Assembly: GCA_012295275.1 (NCBI GenBank)
Contig: CM022679.1
Location: forward strand, 26,350,001-26,414,000
DNA length: 64,000 nucleotides
From: Chrysomallon squamiferum
Taxonomy: Eukaryota > Animalia > Mollusca
Direction: 5' to 3'
Part shown: piece after piece, positions 11,208 through 25,630 of the stretch
How the letters are laid out: each line of letters begins with the position of its first letter
Numbering within the stretch: the first letter of the stretch is position 1
Notes under the pieces: generated by a model
Database searches by the model: none
What the model saw: only the letters and a program-made list of their open reading frames with translations
What the model was told of the DNA's origin: nothing
Made by a program: the position numbers and the translations under genes

Positions 11208-12321
11208 ATAACATTCCTTCACCTCCATTAAACATCTATGCTAAGTTGAAGAATGGAGCTATAGATGTGCACTGGAGTGCCCCAGCTAAGAATGCAGAGA
11301 AAGTGGACAAATACGATGTTTTCTTCAACTCATCCAAACTGAAGACTCAGCATCATTCTGTGGTAGGAACATATTTAACGAACTGTTTCACCAGCCATTT
11401 TGTTAATCTGGTTTTAACAGTATCGTCAGATTATATCTTCAAGTAACTTGTTAATACAGTTTTATTTGTTATTGTCGAATCACTTAATTTGTCAACGTTC
11501 TTTAAGTTGTATTGTCAAATTGTTTAAGTAAGTAAGTTGTTAACATCAGGTTAGTTGTATTGTCAAAAAATTCGTTAGTTTGGCTTAGTTGTAGTTTAAA
11601 GTGATTTGTAAGTTTTGTGTTTTGTGTCTTTATATGTAAGTTTGGTTTCCTTGCATTTAATTTGTTAGTCTGGTTTAGTTATAGTTATCACTAATAATAG
11701 TTTCAGGTTTGTACAGTCTATGAGGCATGAAATATAAGAACATTTAAATGCTTAATTTTTTCTAAATTTATTTTTTTACTAATTTTTTATTTTCAGTCTC
11801 GCACCATCTATAACTACATAATCCAGATTCCAGCCATGGAATCTCAAGGCTATGTTAATGTGTGGATTGTAGCCACCAATGACTTCGGCCAGTCCCAGAG
11901 ATCAAAAATAAAACACATTCTACTGAAAAGTAAGTGTCAACACAACTTTGCTTGTGCTTATTCAACCATCTAACATGAAATGCTTCTTACCAAAGTAGTT
12001 CATTCTGGTGTGAAATATAATGAACTGTTTTAATAAATATAATATTACATTAACCTCTTGAGTATATATGGTAATCACTGTATGTTCTTACTTTATCACG
12101 ATTTATGATACTGAGTTTATAACAAAATGTGTTAAATATTTTTAAAATATATTTTATGTTTTCAGTGGTCCACTAGAATGACTGGAGTATTACACTACCA
12201 TTAAAATTACTATCAAATTTTTTATCATTAGAAGGCAGTACCCACATTAAGTTAAAGAAACATGAAAAAATATTTTCCAAGGCATACAATTCTTCTTTAC
12301 ATAATTTGATGTTTTGCTCGC

Positions 12322-12387
<66 letters not shown>

Positions 12388-13868
12388 TTTCTGTCTTTAA
12401 TTGTTGTTCTCTCTTTTATTTGTCAGAATCCGAATTTGAAGTTTCAAGTAAGTATTGTAGTCTTTCTTTTTATCATTATTACTGCAACTGCTATCGATTC
12501 AAAATTGATTATAAATTTATAAGACACAATACAGTTATTTGTAAAATAAATAAATAAATAAAACCTAGTCAATGATATTTTGTTGACATATTTTTGCATT
12601 TAAAATAACAGTAGTGCTTGAGAAATAACTAAAGGCACATTCATCATTGAGAAAATAACAATAATAATAATAATAATAATAATTTGGAATATAGCAGATC
12701 TAGAAATGATCTGTAGATAATTTAGATAATTATCATTATATACTAACAGAACATTTTAAATATTTAATCTATATTTACACAAATACATAATAAAAACAAA
12801 TATTTATATTATTTATAATCACACACAAACACATTTATAACATCACTGATTTGTTTTTGTTTCTTTAGGATCATCATCAATGAAAGGTAACCTTATGTTA
12901 TATCTGCATGCATAGATCAAACTTCACTTAAATTCTTAATAACTAAAAAGACAGTTTATGTGTATAGCTGTCTAGCACTTCATTTATCTGTCTGTCTGTC
13001 TAGCTGTTCATCTATCTGTATGTCTGTCTATACATACATGCATGTAACAACAGTCAGTTTATAATGATCAGCGCAGTTTAATACCAAATGGCTGTGTAAG
13101 TTACGACTTGGGTGAGGCCTGATCAATCAGTCAACCAATCAATCAATCAATCAGTAAGTTAATCAGTCAATCCTTCTGAATATGATCAGACATATGTCCC
13201 ATTCTAGCCAATGCTCAATGACTGGTGTATCTGAAATAACACGGTAAGTGCTTTGCTGGTTATGGGAAGGTTTGTGTAAAAACATCCCTTACTGCTGATT
13301 GTTTAGAGCAGCTAGTGAACTGATGTTTTCCTCTCAGTCATTATTATTACATCAACAGCAAAATATCAATCTGAAATGTATGTGAACATCATCACATTTC
13401 AGTAATACATTCCACAATACAATACATTTGCAGAACTTTTAAACTCAGTTTTTTTGTTAGTCATTCTGAAATTGGACAAAGAGTTCTAAAATTTCAGCCT
13501 CAGATGTAAAACAATAAACATACAAAAACTTGTAACATATAATTCTTGGCATTAGTGTATTTGCCCTTAAAATACACTGATGTATTGTGGGTATTCTTGT
13601 TTGTTTTTTGCTTTTTAAATGTTCAGCAAAATTCTTTTTTCTATGAATTATAAGAAGCAAATTATGCTCTGAATGCATCAAGTAAATTCCTTGCATATCA
13701 ACTTGTTAAAAAAAATCTCTACTAATATTTTAATATTTTATTGTGTGTGTATGTCTATGTATGTATGTATGTATGTGTATATATATTTTACCATCAAAAT
13801 ATTAATGCAGCTGTTTTGGGGAATGTGTAATATATATTTATATCTGTATCTATATCTATCTATCTAAT

Positions 13869-13903
<35 letters not shown>

Positions 13904-14337
13904 GTGTTATGTGGTGTGTAATGTTTAGCTCTTGAATCGGCACAATCTTTGTCTTCACAATGCTATTCTGTGGGTTTCTAAAGTATATGTGATATCCATG
14001 CATTCACCATGTTTCAGAAAGGTCTGTGTTCTGTTTTCAGATAACAAACCTCTTGCTGTTGGTCTGGGACTTGGTATCACTATTGCTGTCCTCATAGCAA
14101 TAGCTGTGATTGTCTTCTTTGTTATCAGGTAATTTTCAAGTGTTACATTTAGCATTTAGTCCTGATACTTAAAGATACATGTTGTGTGTGTCTGTCTGTC
14201 TGTGTATTGTATGTACATACATATATATTTTATTTTATTTTTATCCAGAAAAACACAAGGTAAATCCAGTTTTGTCACTGAAACAGTTGCTTTTGAAAAC
14301 CCTGGCTATGGAAGAACACAACCTCAGGTACATATAC

Positions 14338-14379
<42 letters not shown>

Positions 14380-14459
14380 GCACTGGCCTTTTTACAGTTT
14401 CTAATATTTGATCATACTTTTTTGTATTCTAAATATATATATATATATAAGAGAGAAAG

Positions 14460-14528
<69 letters not shown>

Positions 14529-14781
14529 ACTTCGAATGATAGAAAAGAATTAGAAAAAGCTCTCTGTATTTCAGATAACTGGTCTTCCAGCAGACACAAT
14601 GCAGCCAGTTGGTCAGTTCGCCTATGACAAATTGGAAGAAAGCACAGATCATACAAACACTGAGCCTCTTCCTTCACATCCGTATGAGACAATTGACAAT
14701 GTTCACCTAGAATTAGAATCAAATGGGAACACACCAGCAACATTACCTGTAAACCAGGAAGATCACAAACCCACACAGTGA
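11208..14781 (+). CDS. 3' part of a single-pass membrane protein gene: fibronectin type III domain, TM helix, cytoplasmic NPxY and YxxL/I motifs; 5' exons not seen
   Basis: Exons 11208-11362 (NIPSPPLNIYAKLKNGAIDVHWSAP..YDVFF), 11797-11929 (..YVNVWIVATNDFGQSQRS..), microexons 12427-12447 and 12869-12886, TM exon 14041-14128 (LAVGLGLGITIAVLIAIAVIVFFVIR), 14249-14327 (VAFENPGY), and 14575-14781 (AYDKL..PYETI..stop). All have AG/GT ends and compatible phases. The FN3 pattern P..P.N, V.W..P, Y.V, V.A.N..G.S is present. Confidence 0.82.
13196..13335 (+). mobile_element. Degraded SINE core fragment resembling the Deu/Nin-domain SINEs of invertebrates
   Basis: Intronic stretch 'agccaatgctcaatgactggtgtat...ggtaagtgct...tgggaagg...aaaaacatcccttactgctgatt...agagcagc...tttcctctc' follows, from memory, the order of motifs in the Nin/Deu SINE core. 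Not verified by alignment. Confidence 0.5.
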
Positions 14782-15953
14782 AACAAAACAGAGATGAAAG
14801 GGAAAAACTGTGAGGAAAGGCAAAGAAAATATAATAAACTGGATAAAATATTAGAAATAAAGGGAAAGATGATAAAAAAAAAAAGAAGAAATAAAAGAAG
14901 GGAAAAAAAGAGAAAAAACTATGAAAAGGGGAAAGTCTTTTGATAGGGATACAAGAGCAGAAACTAGTTAAATAATATAAAACCTATGAAAAGAGACAGA
15001 AATTATAAAAAAAGGGGACAAACACTGCGTTGGGGAAGATATAAAAATAGAATCTTTAGTCAAAAACAAAAACTATGGAAAAAAAACAAAAAAACTAGGA
15101 AAGAGAATACAAATTAATAAAAAGAAATCATAAAAAAGGCTACAAAATGGAATATTCAATACAAATAAATTTTTATCTTATATTTTTGAGATCAGAGTAA
15201 AATAAGTTGTGTAAAGTAAGATTTAAATTTTTTTTCTGTTTTTGTTTTGTTTTGTTTTATATAAGATTTCAATTCTTCTTTCTAACATATGAAATATCAA
15301 ACAATGTTTTTATGTTTACACTATAGCCTGGTTTCTTTGCCTCTTAGTTTAGTTTATGTTGGGGATAGCAGAACAAACAAAAAATATATAATGAGCACCT
15401 GGTTCAAAAAGGCTAAATGAATTTTGTAAACTTGATACCAAAGAGCAACCTTTGCTAACAATAAAGGATGATAACAAAATAACAAAACTTGAGAAGATGC
15501 ATGAAACATGCAAATTCATTTTTCCCCCCACCCTAATATTTCAGATATTGAAGGAAAAAAAAGAATCTCCTAAAAGACTGATGGCAGTATTATACTCAGT
15601 CTGTTCATTTTATTTTGCATTAAACAAAGACAGTGAGGTTATTTTCTTTTCTTACTTTATTCTTGGTAAAGGTTGATGCTCAGTTACAGGTAAAAAGAAT
15701 TAATCTTGTTAATGTGGTTTAGTCACTTGTTAATATCATCACATTTTGTTGTATTTATTCAGAATCATTCCATTTACTCGGTAATCTCACACATTCACTT
15801 GCTAATGTGCTGGCATAGCAGTGGCCTTTTACACTTTGATCAAAGTTTTTATATTCTAAATATCTATATATATATATAATCAGATTATTTTATTTTTATC
15901 TTTGTATATACTGACCTGTTTTTATAGAAGAATCTGTACATTTGTTTATTTAT

Positions 15954-16053
<100 letters not shown>

Positions 16054-17155
16054 TGAGTGAGTAAATCTCTGTGTGTGAGTGAGTGAGTAATTGAGAGAGA
16101 CTATGTGTCCATGCAAACAAAAAAACATTCCTTTAAAACCTATTTTATATTCCAGTCAGACATTCCAATCTGAAAAAAGATTTTTCAGTATCAGTAATCT
16201 ATTGAAATGTTGTCAGTTTATAATAACTGTTGATTTGTGATTTAAGAATCCTTCCTTGTTACATCTATAGATGGCTCAAGTTCATATATCATTACACACA
16301 CACACACAGGTTTCGTTTTTTGTCTGCCTAAGAAGATGTTGTGAATGATTTAATAAGATAAAGATAGAGTAAAATTAATTCATTCTTAAATCAGATGAAA
16401 TAGCTAATATTGTTTAATACCTGGACCCACCTTGTCAGTTCTTTAACCTGATTGGTTTAAGATCATCACAGCCCTGTATCATTGGCTGCACTGAATTTTA
16501 CTCAGACATATTTTCCATTAAGAACTTCTCTCTTTTTTATGTGTGAAATTAGTAAGATTTTTATAAATTACTGAATCTTTTGTATGTTTGGTTTTTCGTA
16601 CGTTTTTGTTTTCTTCTTCTTCGATAAATGATTGTTTATATTAATATATTTGTATGAATTCTTGTGGAGTAATATAAAAATGTATTTTTTTAAAAGTAAT
16701 TTTCTAAAGTATTATACACATGAAAGGTTTTGTGTATGCAGTCTGACTAATGTATTGACTATTTAAATTAAATTATTTATGGCTGATTGTTTTGAACATT
16801 GTTTTCAAGGAGTATTTATATTTTTTATATATATTCATATTGTACAGTTTGTGTTGTTTATATATATATATATATCTGGAGGTGGTGGTATTTCTAATTT
16901 GTGATAAGTTTATTTTATAACCTGATTTGTTAAATAATTCTTGGATGTGCAAAGTATCATGATAAGTAACAATATTTGAAATGTCATAAGCTGTACATGG
17001 TCACACAAAAATGAGAGAAATTTTGCCCAAAATTTTATTAATACTTAAAATTCTTGTATACTGTTACAGGATAATTTTCTACTTTAACAAAATTTTGTGT
17101 TTGTTCTTTCTTTTTTATTGTGGTTGATTATGAGTCTTTGAAATAAGATATGTGA

Positions 17156-17209
<54 letters not shown>

Positions 17210-17883
17210 GAGGCAAAATGTAATCTCTAGTTTATATTGTAATTTTAGTTGTTTAGGTTTTTGTCTTTTTCTCTTTTTTTTTTCTTTTATTAAAGAATAA
17301 AACCACCTGTTATTATTCTATCAATGTAAATATAGAATTTTAATAATGAGTACATGTGTGTGTGTGTGTGTTTATGTTTTTGTGTGCTGTGTATTTAATT
17401 ACAGAAAGGATATTTATCACGTTCTCAGTAATTTTCTTTGCCTTTTCATAAAATGTTATTAGAGATGTAAATACCATATTGATGCAAGCTTATTATTATT
17501 ATTATTATTATTTTATCATAGACTTTTACCAGAATGTTATTTATAAATAAATAAAGTTTTGTTATAAAATGTTATTGCATATGTAAATACTCTATTCATA
17601 TATTTATATATATATATTAATGACACTTTTTACCAGAATATATTTATAAATAAATAAAGTTTTGTTGTAAAATCCACTTGCAAATGAAAATTTTAAAAAC
17701 TTATGCTTATGTGCACAGAGATTACTAGTTATCCCTAACTCAAGTTTAAAATACTCCAGGTTTTTGGCTTCATTAAAAAGACAGCTGTAATATTATTTTA
17801 GTTATGACATGTCTTGTGATTTCAAAACACAGCAGATTATTATTATACATATTTGTTTGCTGAAAATTTAAATAATTCCACTT

Positions 17884-17920
<37 letters not shown>

Positions 17921-20180
17921 GTAATAATAACACTTGTAATAATAATATTATCATGTTATTTATTATTATGTTAATCTACTTGAACAAGTTGATACAAAAA
18001 CCAAGAATAGTAAAAAAAAAAAAAAAAAAACCCAATGCAAACTAAATACTGATTTACAAATAAATAAACTTTAAATCATGACAGTAGTGACAATATGTAA
18101 TATGTTGCTGTATATGTATCTTCTTTTGTGTAATACAAACAACAGATTGTTTTTCATTTTAAAAACTCTCCATGTAGCTGGCTATCAAGATAACAACAGT
18201 GTTTTCTTTTCTTTTTTATCTTCTCTTTCTCTTTTTCTTTAGTGTGTGTGTGTGTGTGTGTTTCTTATCTCTCCTTTCTTTGTTCTGTTTGTTTACTAAA
18301 GAAACTATAATTTTCTAATATACCAATAAACTATAATATGCATTTTGTGTGCTTTTATATGATTATATTTTATTCCATTAATGTTGAAGTTTAACTCGTG
18401 TAGTATTTATAAAAGATCGAGAATATATTTTGTACATTTAAGTGTGTTTGTTTTTCTTTTTTTCTTTTTTTTTTTCTTAATGTTTATTTCTCTAGTGATA
18501 CAGTAACATTCTGAATATTCCAAAATATTATTATTATTATTATTATTTTGTTGTATTTAATTATTTGGCCAATCTTTACTAGAAATAAAGAAATAAAGTA
18601 TGACAACAAAATGAAGTTATGTTTGCTTTTTGGAATACTAATGCACACACACAATAATATACTGTTGATTTTGAAATGATGAAAACCTTTTTTCAAGTAG
18701 ATAAAGAAAATCATAAATAATAATCGATTTTATAATAAAAAAAAATTTAATCAGTTACAAAACAGACATCTGAATCTGTATATAAGTTCTACTAGTTCTG
18801 AATTCATTAAATATATTTAAGCAATATAAACAGAAAGATGTGTTATTGTAATAAAGCTTGCAAAAGTACATAATGGTTATATATATTATGAAACAGGATA
18901 TAATTAACATTTTCAAATAGATCAAGAAAATAATTTTTGTTTGTTATTGTTGAAAATATGGCTATACTAGTAATCAGAGACTTAATTGTACATTATTCGA
19001 ATAACATCCTTGATTAGCATTTTTAGTTTTTAATTTTTTTTTATTTCACCACAGAATATAGAACACAATAAGTACAACTGATACATGTTAAAGTAATCAA
19101 ATACAAAAATTAATATGAACGACTTACACATGATAAGATAACAAAATATAAAAGTAAATTAAAGTGATAAATTGTCTGGCTATTTGTAATATAAATCTAT
19201 AAATCAGTTCTAATAGTTTTGCAAAACTCACTAGTATTTAAGCCATGTAAATAATAACATGTTACTGCACATTAGAATATATAATGGTTAAAAATAAAGA
19301 AAAAATTAAAACTGTGGTTGTGTGTGTGTGTGTGTGTGCATGCATGAGTGTGTGCGTGTGTGTTTACATTTCATACAATACAATGAATATATACATATGT
19401 AAATATTTCATTTTTTACATTTTAGACAAATACTTTTGTCCAAATATTTCATTTATTTATCTTGAACATATAGTTATCTGTAATATAATAATACATGTTC
19501 AGAACATTTTGGAATCCAGTTAAAGTTAGTTTGTTAGTGTTTTCATTTTAATTTAGATATATATTGTTTGTATTGAGCAATATTAAGTTGATTACGTGAT
19601 CATTTTTAGAATAGCTTGTGCTGCCTAAAATAATTTTGTACCTTTAAGTCTCACTTTTGTTCTAAAAATGACCAGTTTGTAAGAGTATTCCAGAATCTCT
19701 GAACATGTTCACATAACCAAAAAATTACAATAATCTTCACTAAGCATATGAAGAAAAATTCACATTTATCTGAATCTTTTATTCAGTGTATTATCAAATA
19801 CTTATTTGAAATATGAATAGAAAAGATCAGAAAGCAAGAATGTTAGTTTTAATTTGAAAAAAAAAAAATGTATTGTCTTTTTTAAAATTTGGATTTTAAT
19901 TTCACGATATTAAATTCAATATAGTGCTGACAGTAAATATAATTACACTGAGAAGAAGTTAAACAAACACATTATTAATAACTTCTGAAATGGAATAGAT
20001 ATTACAAAAAAACATACACACACAAATACACAGAGTCGATTTAGCACTCGTAAATGGAACTGTGCAAATTGTTTCTTAACACACCATTTCAAAAAATTTA
20101 AGCTAGTATCTTTCTTTTCATACAACTGAACATAATCCAAATATGAATTAGCACAAATACTGCATGTCGTAGATTTTCTT

Positions 20181-22494
20181 TTACTTTTTAAGTAATTTAG
20201 ATATTAGCTTCTTATCTAGAGACACCTTATCAGCAGAAACAATTTTCACTTTGACATCAAACATGTCAGGATTGTGGACACCAAATACTGGTATCAGAGG
20301 CTTTGAAACATCGATATGAGGAATACTGTACACAAGCTTCTCATCATTTACATTAATAATGTGAAGTTTTCTCTTTTTTGTGACAAGCAACAATCCAAGT
20401 CTGACATTGAATTCTTTGTTCTTTTCAAAATCTGCAAACGGCTTGTCAGATATTTGCTTCCCACGAATGTCAATGGCTAAACACAGACTGTTGTGATCGC
20501 TACAGGTGTCAACACTTACACACCAGGCGTGAATGTTTTCTGAAATTAATTCGGCATCGTCGTAAGTTTCTTCTGTACAAACACCGATTTGCGCTGCTAC
20601 TTTGTCAAGTTCTGCATTTTCCACTACTTTACACACAACGTCAACCTGCCAGTAATAACAGCCAGGATGGTGAAAAGTCTTGTTTCCTAAAACACCTTTA
20701 AAAGTTTCAACTTTGATAGTCTGTTCTGTGTCAGGTTGTTCTGAAGCTTTGTTGATCAGTTCACCACAGGCTGTGATGGCACAGTCCTTCCAGTTTACAG
20801 TACTTGTTTCAAACTGTATGCCTGGTACTGCAAAAATAGAAATGTAAATTACAGAACTATAATTAAAGCTGGGTATGTTTATATGAGTATTTAGTTATTT
20901 GAAATTTTGCAGATAATTGTCGCTACGTTTCAAACTGCATAGCTAAATCTTTCTGTTTACACAGTGGATTTGATAAAAACTCTTCTAACAATGGAAAGCG
21001 AAAAGTACTTACGAAACACTTCTTTGAACTGACCTACAGCAATTGTCCGCATCAAATCCGCATCTGAAAAACATCATCACATTCTACAACGAATCAGTAT
21101 AAGCATTTAAATAATCCTCAGAAAAAGAATGCATAAACATTTACTGTTATTTCAGTAACAAACCTCTGTATTAAGAGAAGAAAAAAGTTATCAAAATATA
21201 AATAACCAAATAAAGGGTAAAATAATCACAAAATAACTGACAGGAGCAGTTTATCAAGAACTCAAAGAAAAAAGAAAAAGAAAAAGAAGAAGAACGAATT
21301 GAAAAATGTACCTTGTTGGCTGCTTATCTCAGTATTGTCTTCAATACATCCATGATCAGCATCCAGTGACATTTCTTCATTTTCTGAAAGAGTCTGAACA
21401 CAGTCTTCTGACGTCATCCCGGTAACTTTGATTTTCTTGTCAATGTCCCAAAATATTTTCAGACCAAGGTTGATCTTTCTCATCTGCACTTTTACCAATA
21501 CACTCGACGTAATCAAATGTTCAGTTTTGTTTTTCAGACACTCAAACATTTCAGTAAATTCGACTTGACGTGCGAACTGCAAGGCTTGTTGACAGTGTAA
21601 AAGATGTTCACTTTTCTCATTGATCGACCGAGTCACCACTTTTATCTCTTCATCTCGATCACATTTCTGTTTGTCAACATTTCTAACAACTTCATTTTTC
21701 AACTGTTGTGTCAAATCTTGAATCTTTTTAATGATTTCTTTACTGGCTTCATCTATTTTCATTATACTTTCTTCTTTTGTCTCATCCAGTGTTTGTTTTT
21801 CTTTAGTCAGTTTATCAGTGTACGACTTAGATTTTTCTATGGACGTCTGTAACTGACATAAAGTGGATTTGATCATTTCCTTCTTATCGTTGTAGACATC
21901 TTTCAAATTACAGATTTCGTGATCTCTGTGAGACAGAAGTGCACACGTAGAGCAGACAGCTGTACAGCACGTCTTGCAGTAAACATCAACTTTCATATTT
22001 TCGTGATTTGTACAGATATCCTTTCTCTGGAAAAATTCAGACTGTGGAATTTCTGCCAGCTGTGATATATCCACTGTTTTATGGTGTTTTGTACTTGAGA
22101 ATTTGATGTGAGAAGCTCTACATCTTTCACACATGTACTCGCAACAAGTGAGGCAATAAGCTATTGCTGTGGACCTGTCTGGACAGTCATGACATAATAT
22201 TTCACCAGGATTATTCTTAATTCTTATATATTCCATCAAATCTGTCAACAGTTTGTTTTGTGGAAATGTTTTCTCGATATTATTCTGAACAGGCCATATT
22301 TGTCGACAGTTGGGACATGTTACTCCTTCTGGTGAATTGTTCCACACTGATATCAAACATTGACAACAAAAGCTATGGTAACATGGTAAAATACGTGGTA
22401 GTTTATCTCCGTCATTAAAATAGTCTAAACAAATTTCACATAGAACAAACTCGTCTCGAATTTCTATTAATGGTACAACACAACTTTCAGCCAT
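20181..22494 (-). CDS. TRIM copy 3 (type A, inverted, variant B-box1, shortened linker), ~626 aa
   Basis: Minus strand. Exon 1 22494-21312 (ATGGCTGAA.. to CAAG|gtacat), exon 2 21063-21013 (DADLMRTIAVGQFKEVF, |gtaagt), exon 3 20827-20181 (tttgcag|TACCA). Open throughout. B-box1 is CHDCPDRSTAIAYCLTCCEYMCERCRASH. Confidence 0.88.
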
Positions 22495-24829
22495 TATGGA
22501 TAACTGAAAAAGCTGTGAACTGCTAATCAAGAAATATTTTTAGAAGTAGGCGTGAACATATCTTCTGTACAATGTCATTCAGAGTTACCTGTTCGAACAT
22601 ACAATAAAGAAGTTACCACTTCATATCTATCAAACATATTGAAATATTAATGTAACTTTTAAACTAATATGTGTTATGCCAGAGATAATTAAGAAAAGAT
22701 AATAAGAGAAATCATTTCTATATAGACTAATCTGTGCCAGGTTCTCTTTAAAGCCGTTCAAATTTGTTATATTTCAATAAACTTCTGGTAATGAAACACG
22801 ACAAATTCTATATTTGGTGAAATAAATGAGTAAATAAATAAGTAAATAAATAAATAAATGAATAGTGTGTTATTTGGAAACTTCAAAATTGTTTAGTATT
22901 ATTATTGTAGAAACTACAATGATTTACACTGATGTTTCATCTATTGCTGTTAGAACAGAATATAGCTGTAGAGATCATTTGCTGACTGCTGTTGTATTTA
23001 TTGGTGTACGGACAATTTCAAAATATCACATATCAAAATATCACATATTCAGTTAAAAGAAGGAGTATATATATCAACAATATATGGACATCTATGATTT
23101 TATTAAAATTTAAATATAATGCAGTTTGCTTATATTCAATCGTAAATCATATTAAATCAATAAATTAAAGGCTCTCAGAAAATAAGATTTTAACAATGGT
23201 AATAATAATCTATGCATTAAACTTTATTACGTTATAAAATGGATTTTATAATCCAATCTAAATTTAACAATTCTCGTTGTGTATGTAACTATATTTGACA
23301 TGTCTATATAACTATATATCAGAAAAAATGTTGTATTACATTTTATTATTTTTTTTATGTATTTATTTATTTATTTATTTGTTTATTTGTTTGTTTGTTT
23401 ATTAATTAATTAATTAATTAATTAATTTGTTTGTTTGTTTGTTTATTAATAATTAATTTATTTATGATAATAGCAATTAGATTCATAATTTACAATTTCA
23501 TTGTCCAAAAATATATGTAATTTTAGATCAAAGATCAGCCTTACAAAGAAGCTGTTCAGATATTGAACAACTAGCTTCAGAGTCACACTAAAGTAATCAT
23601 TTTATCATTTTACTATATCTGTAATTTAATTTGTTTATTTTATATGTATTTTTTTTCCTCTGTCCTTAATGATTTTGAGTAGACTGAGAAAGAATGGCAA
23701 TTGATAACAGTTGTGCATCTATTTATCTGTTTTTGTTTATTTATTTCATATAATTTCCTTTTGTAATCTTTACAGATGAAGCAGGCTTTTCTTATTAATT
23801 TCATTTTTATGTTAAATGGAAGTCTTTGTTTTCTTTGTTTCTTCTTTTTTCCAATCTTTTTTTTTAATTATTATTATTATTATTATTAATTTTTTTTTTC
23901 TTTTATCTAATCCTCTTTAGAAAGAATCTTTTCATTTAGACACCCATTTAAAGATGTTTCATTTCGTATGACATTCTGCAGGTTTTTCTTATATCTCGCT
24001 TCATAATTACACAGGATGGTATGTAATCTTTAACGTTAAAATGCGATCAACTGTTGTCAAGTATTCATTTATTTATTAACTAGGAATTAAAACATAACTT
24101 AAAATTTCAGCGAATAACAGGAATTTCTTATTGCAATTTTTACTAATGTAAATCGGAAATTAATGATCAGATTAATAAAACGTTTTTATACCATTTGTCT
24201 TCTACTTTTCATTTTGTGTGAAGAAACCAGTGTAAAACAAAACCTGGAGTAATTACGTTGAAGCTGAGTAACACACTGTGAATTATACTCCTGTCAGCAT
24301 ACTGTTGTTATGTCTGTATTAAAAGTTAATATTATTAAGTGGACTTTATCATCGTTTGTTCGTGTACACCAGTTTTTTACGAGTTAGATAAGAGTAATAC
24401 TGACAACTACACTAAAACTCTGTCACCTACTTAAAACATGTTACTCGCTTACAGCGGACAGCTGTTGTATTGATTACATGCATACACAATATCAGGTGTC
24501 ATTTTAACTAAACATTTAAATAAACACTGCTACAAACATTAACATTTATGCAGTAAAAGAATTAAAACTTACTCTGTCTCCATATCTAAGACTATTATTT
24601 TAATTTTTACAATTAATATAATAACAGCAACCAGGAAGTTGTGGTGGTTGCATTTTCGTTCTATTCAGATAAACACCGTTACAAACATTACACATCACGT
24701 TTACCTTGATAACATTTAGTCTCTATTATTTTCATTTCTTTTTTTTTCTGTTTTTTTAAACCAGTAATAACTGTGTTCACAGAAATATTCAGATTACAAA
24801 ACATAAAGCTTATTTGGAAGGAGTTCCTT

Positions 24830-24841
24830 AGTTTCACTTTC
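24830..24841. promoter_or_regulatory. ISRE/IRF-binding motif AGTTTCACTTTC upstream of TRIM copy 3
   Basis: Exact match to the AGTTTCNNTTTC consensus. The same position in paralogous upstream blocks carries the motif or a variant (37676-37687, 30643-30661, 5976-5994). Confidence 0.5.
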
Positions 24842-25630
24842 TATTTACTGAAGCATAATATACATACATATATATATTTATTTTCCTTCATTTTAAAAAG
24901 CTAAATCCGATGGATCTTTAAACCGATATATATAGGAAAGAAAATAATTCAGATGGTAAGAATTATAATATATATATATTTACTAACTAGTTAATTATTG
25001 GCGTTTCGACTGACACGGTATTCAATGTCACTAATGGCTGAAACTGTAAACGACCATAGTAATATAAATATCATTAACATACCTGAGTATACTGAACCTT
25101 TACATTATAATATATTTTCTTCCCAATAAGTAAATATCCTCCCTTTACCATCGAACTTGTGTTACACGACAACTACTTCACAAACGTCGTCAATGTGGGT
25201 CACCCTGATAAAGATGTTCACCTATTGGGTCAAGCGGGTAGATTCAGTTCGAGCGGCAGAAATAAATCTATTTTACAAACTGTTTAAACCGTTGTCACGA
25301 GTGAAAAGAAGAAGAAAAAATGGTGTCTTTTATATTAAATTTACATTATTTGTTATTAGAACACATAAAATGTGTTAAAATCTAAATAATTCACTGAAGA
25401 GTCCCTATCCAGTGTTCTCTCGGTCAGTGATAAACAAAGGTTTATTTAACGTTAATACTGTAATCACGTTTCCATTGCCATAAAAATTAACTCGAGTCCT
25501 GCTAGACAAGCTCTCATTTACCTTATACCAGAACAATTTTAACAGATAATAAATAAAATTAAATAATTGGTTAAGTAAATAAACAACCAGAAAAAATGTA
25601 ATTTCACAGAAAAGAAATAGATGCATAAAC

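Noticed and set aside
14623-14694. ITAM in the receptor tail (YDKL...YETI)
   Set aside because: The spacing of 16 residues exceeds the 6-12 of an ITAM; treated as separate tyrosine motifs.
22495-22530. 12-aa N-terminal extension of copy 3 in the ORF track
   Set aside because: It starts at a non-ATG codon; all paralogs begin at M(A/V)ESC.
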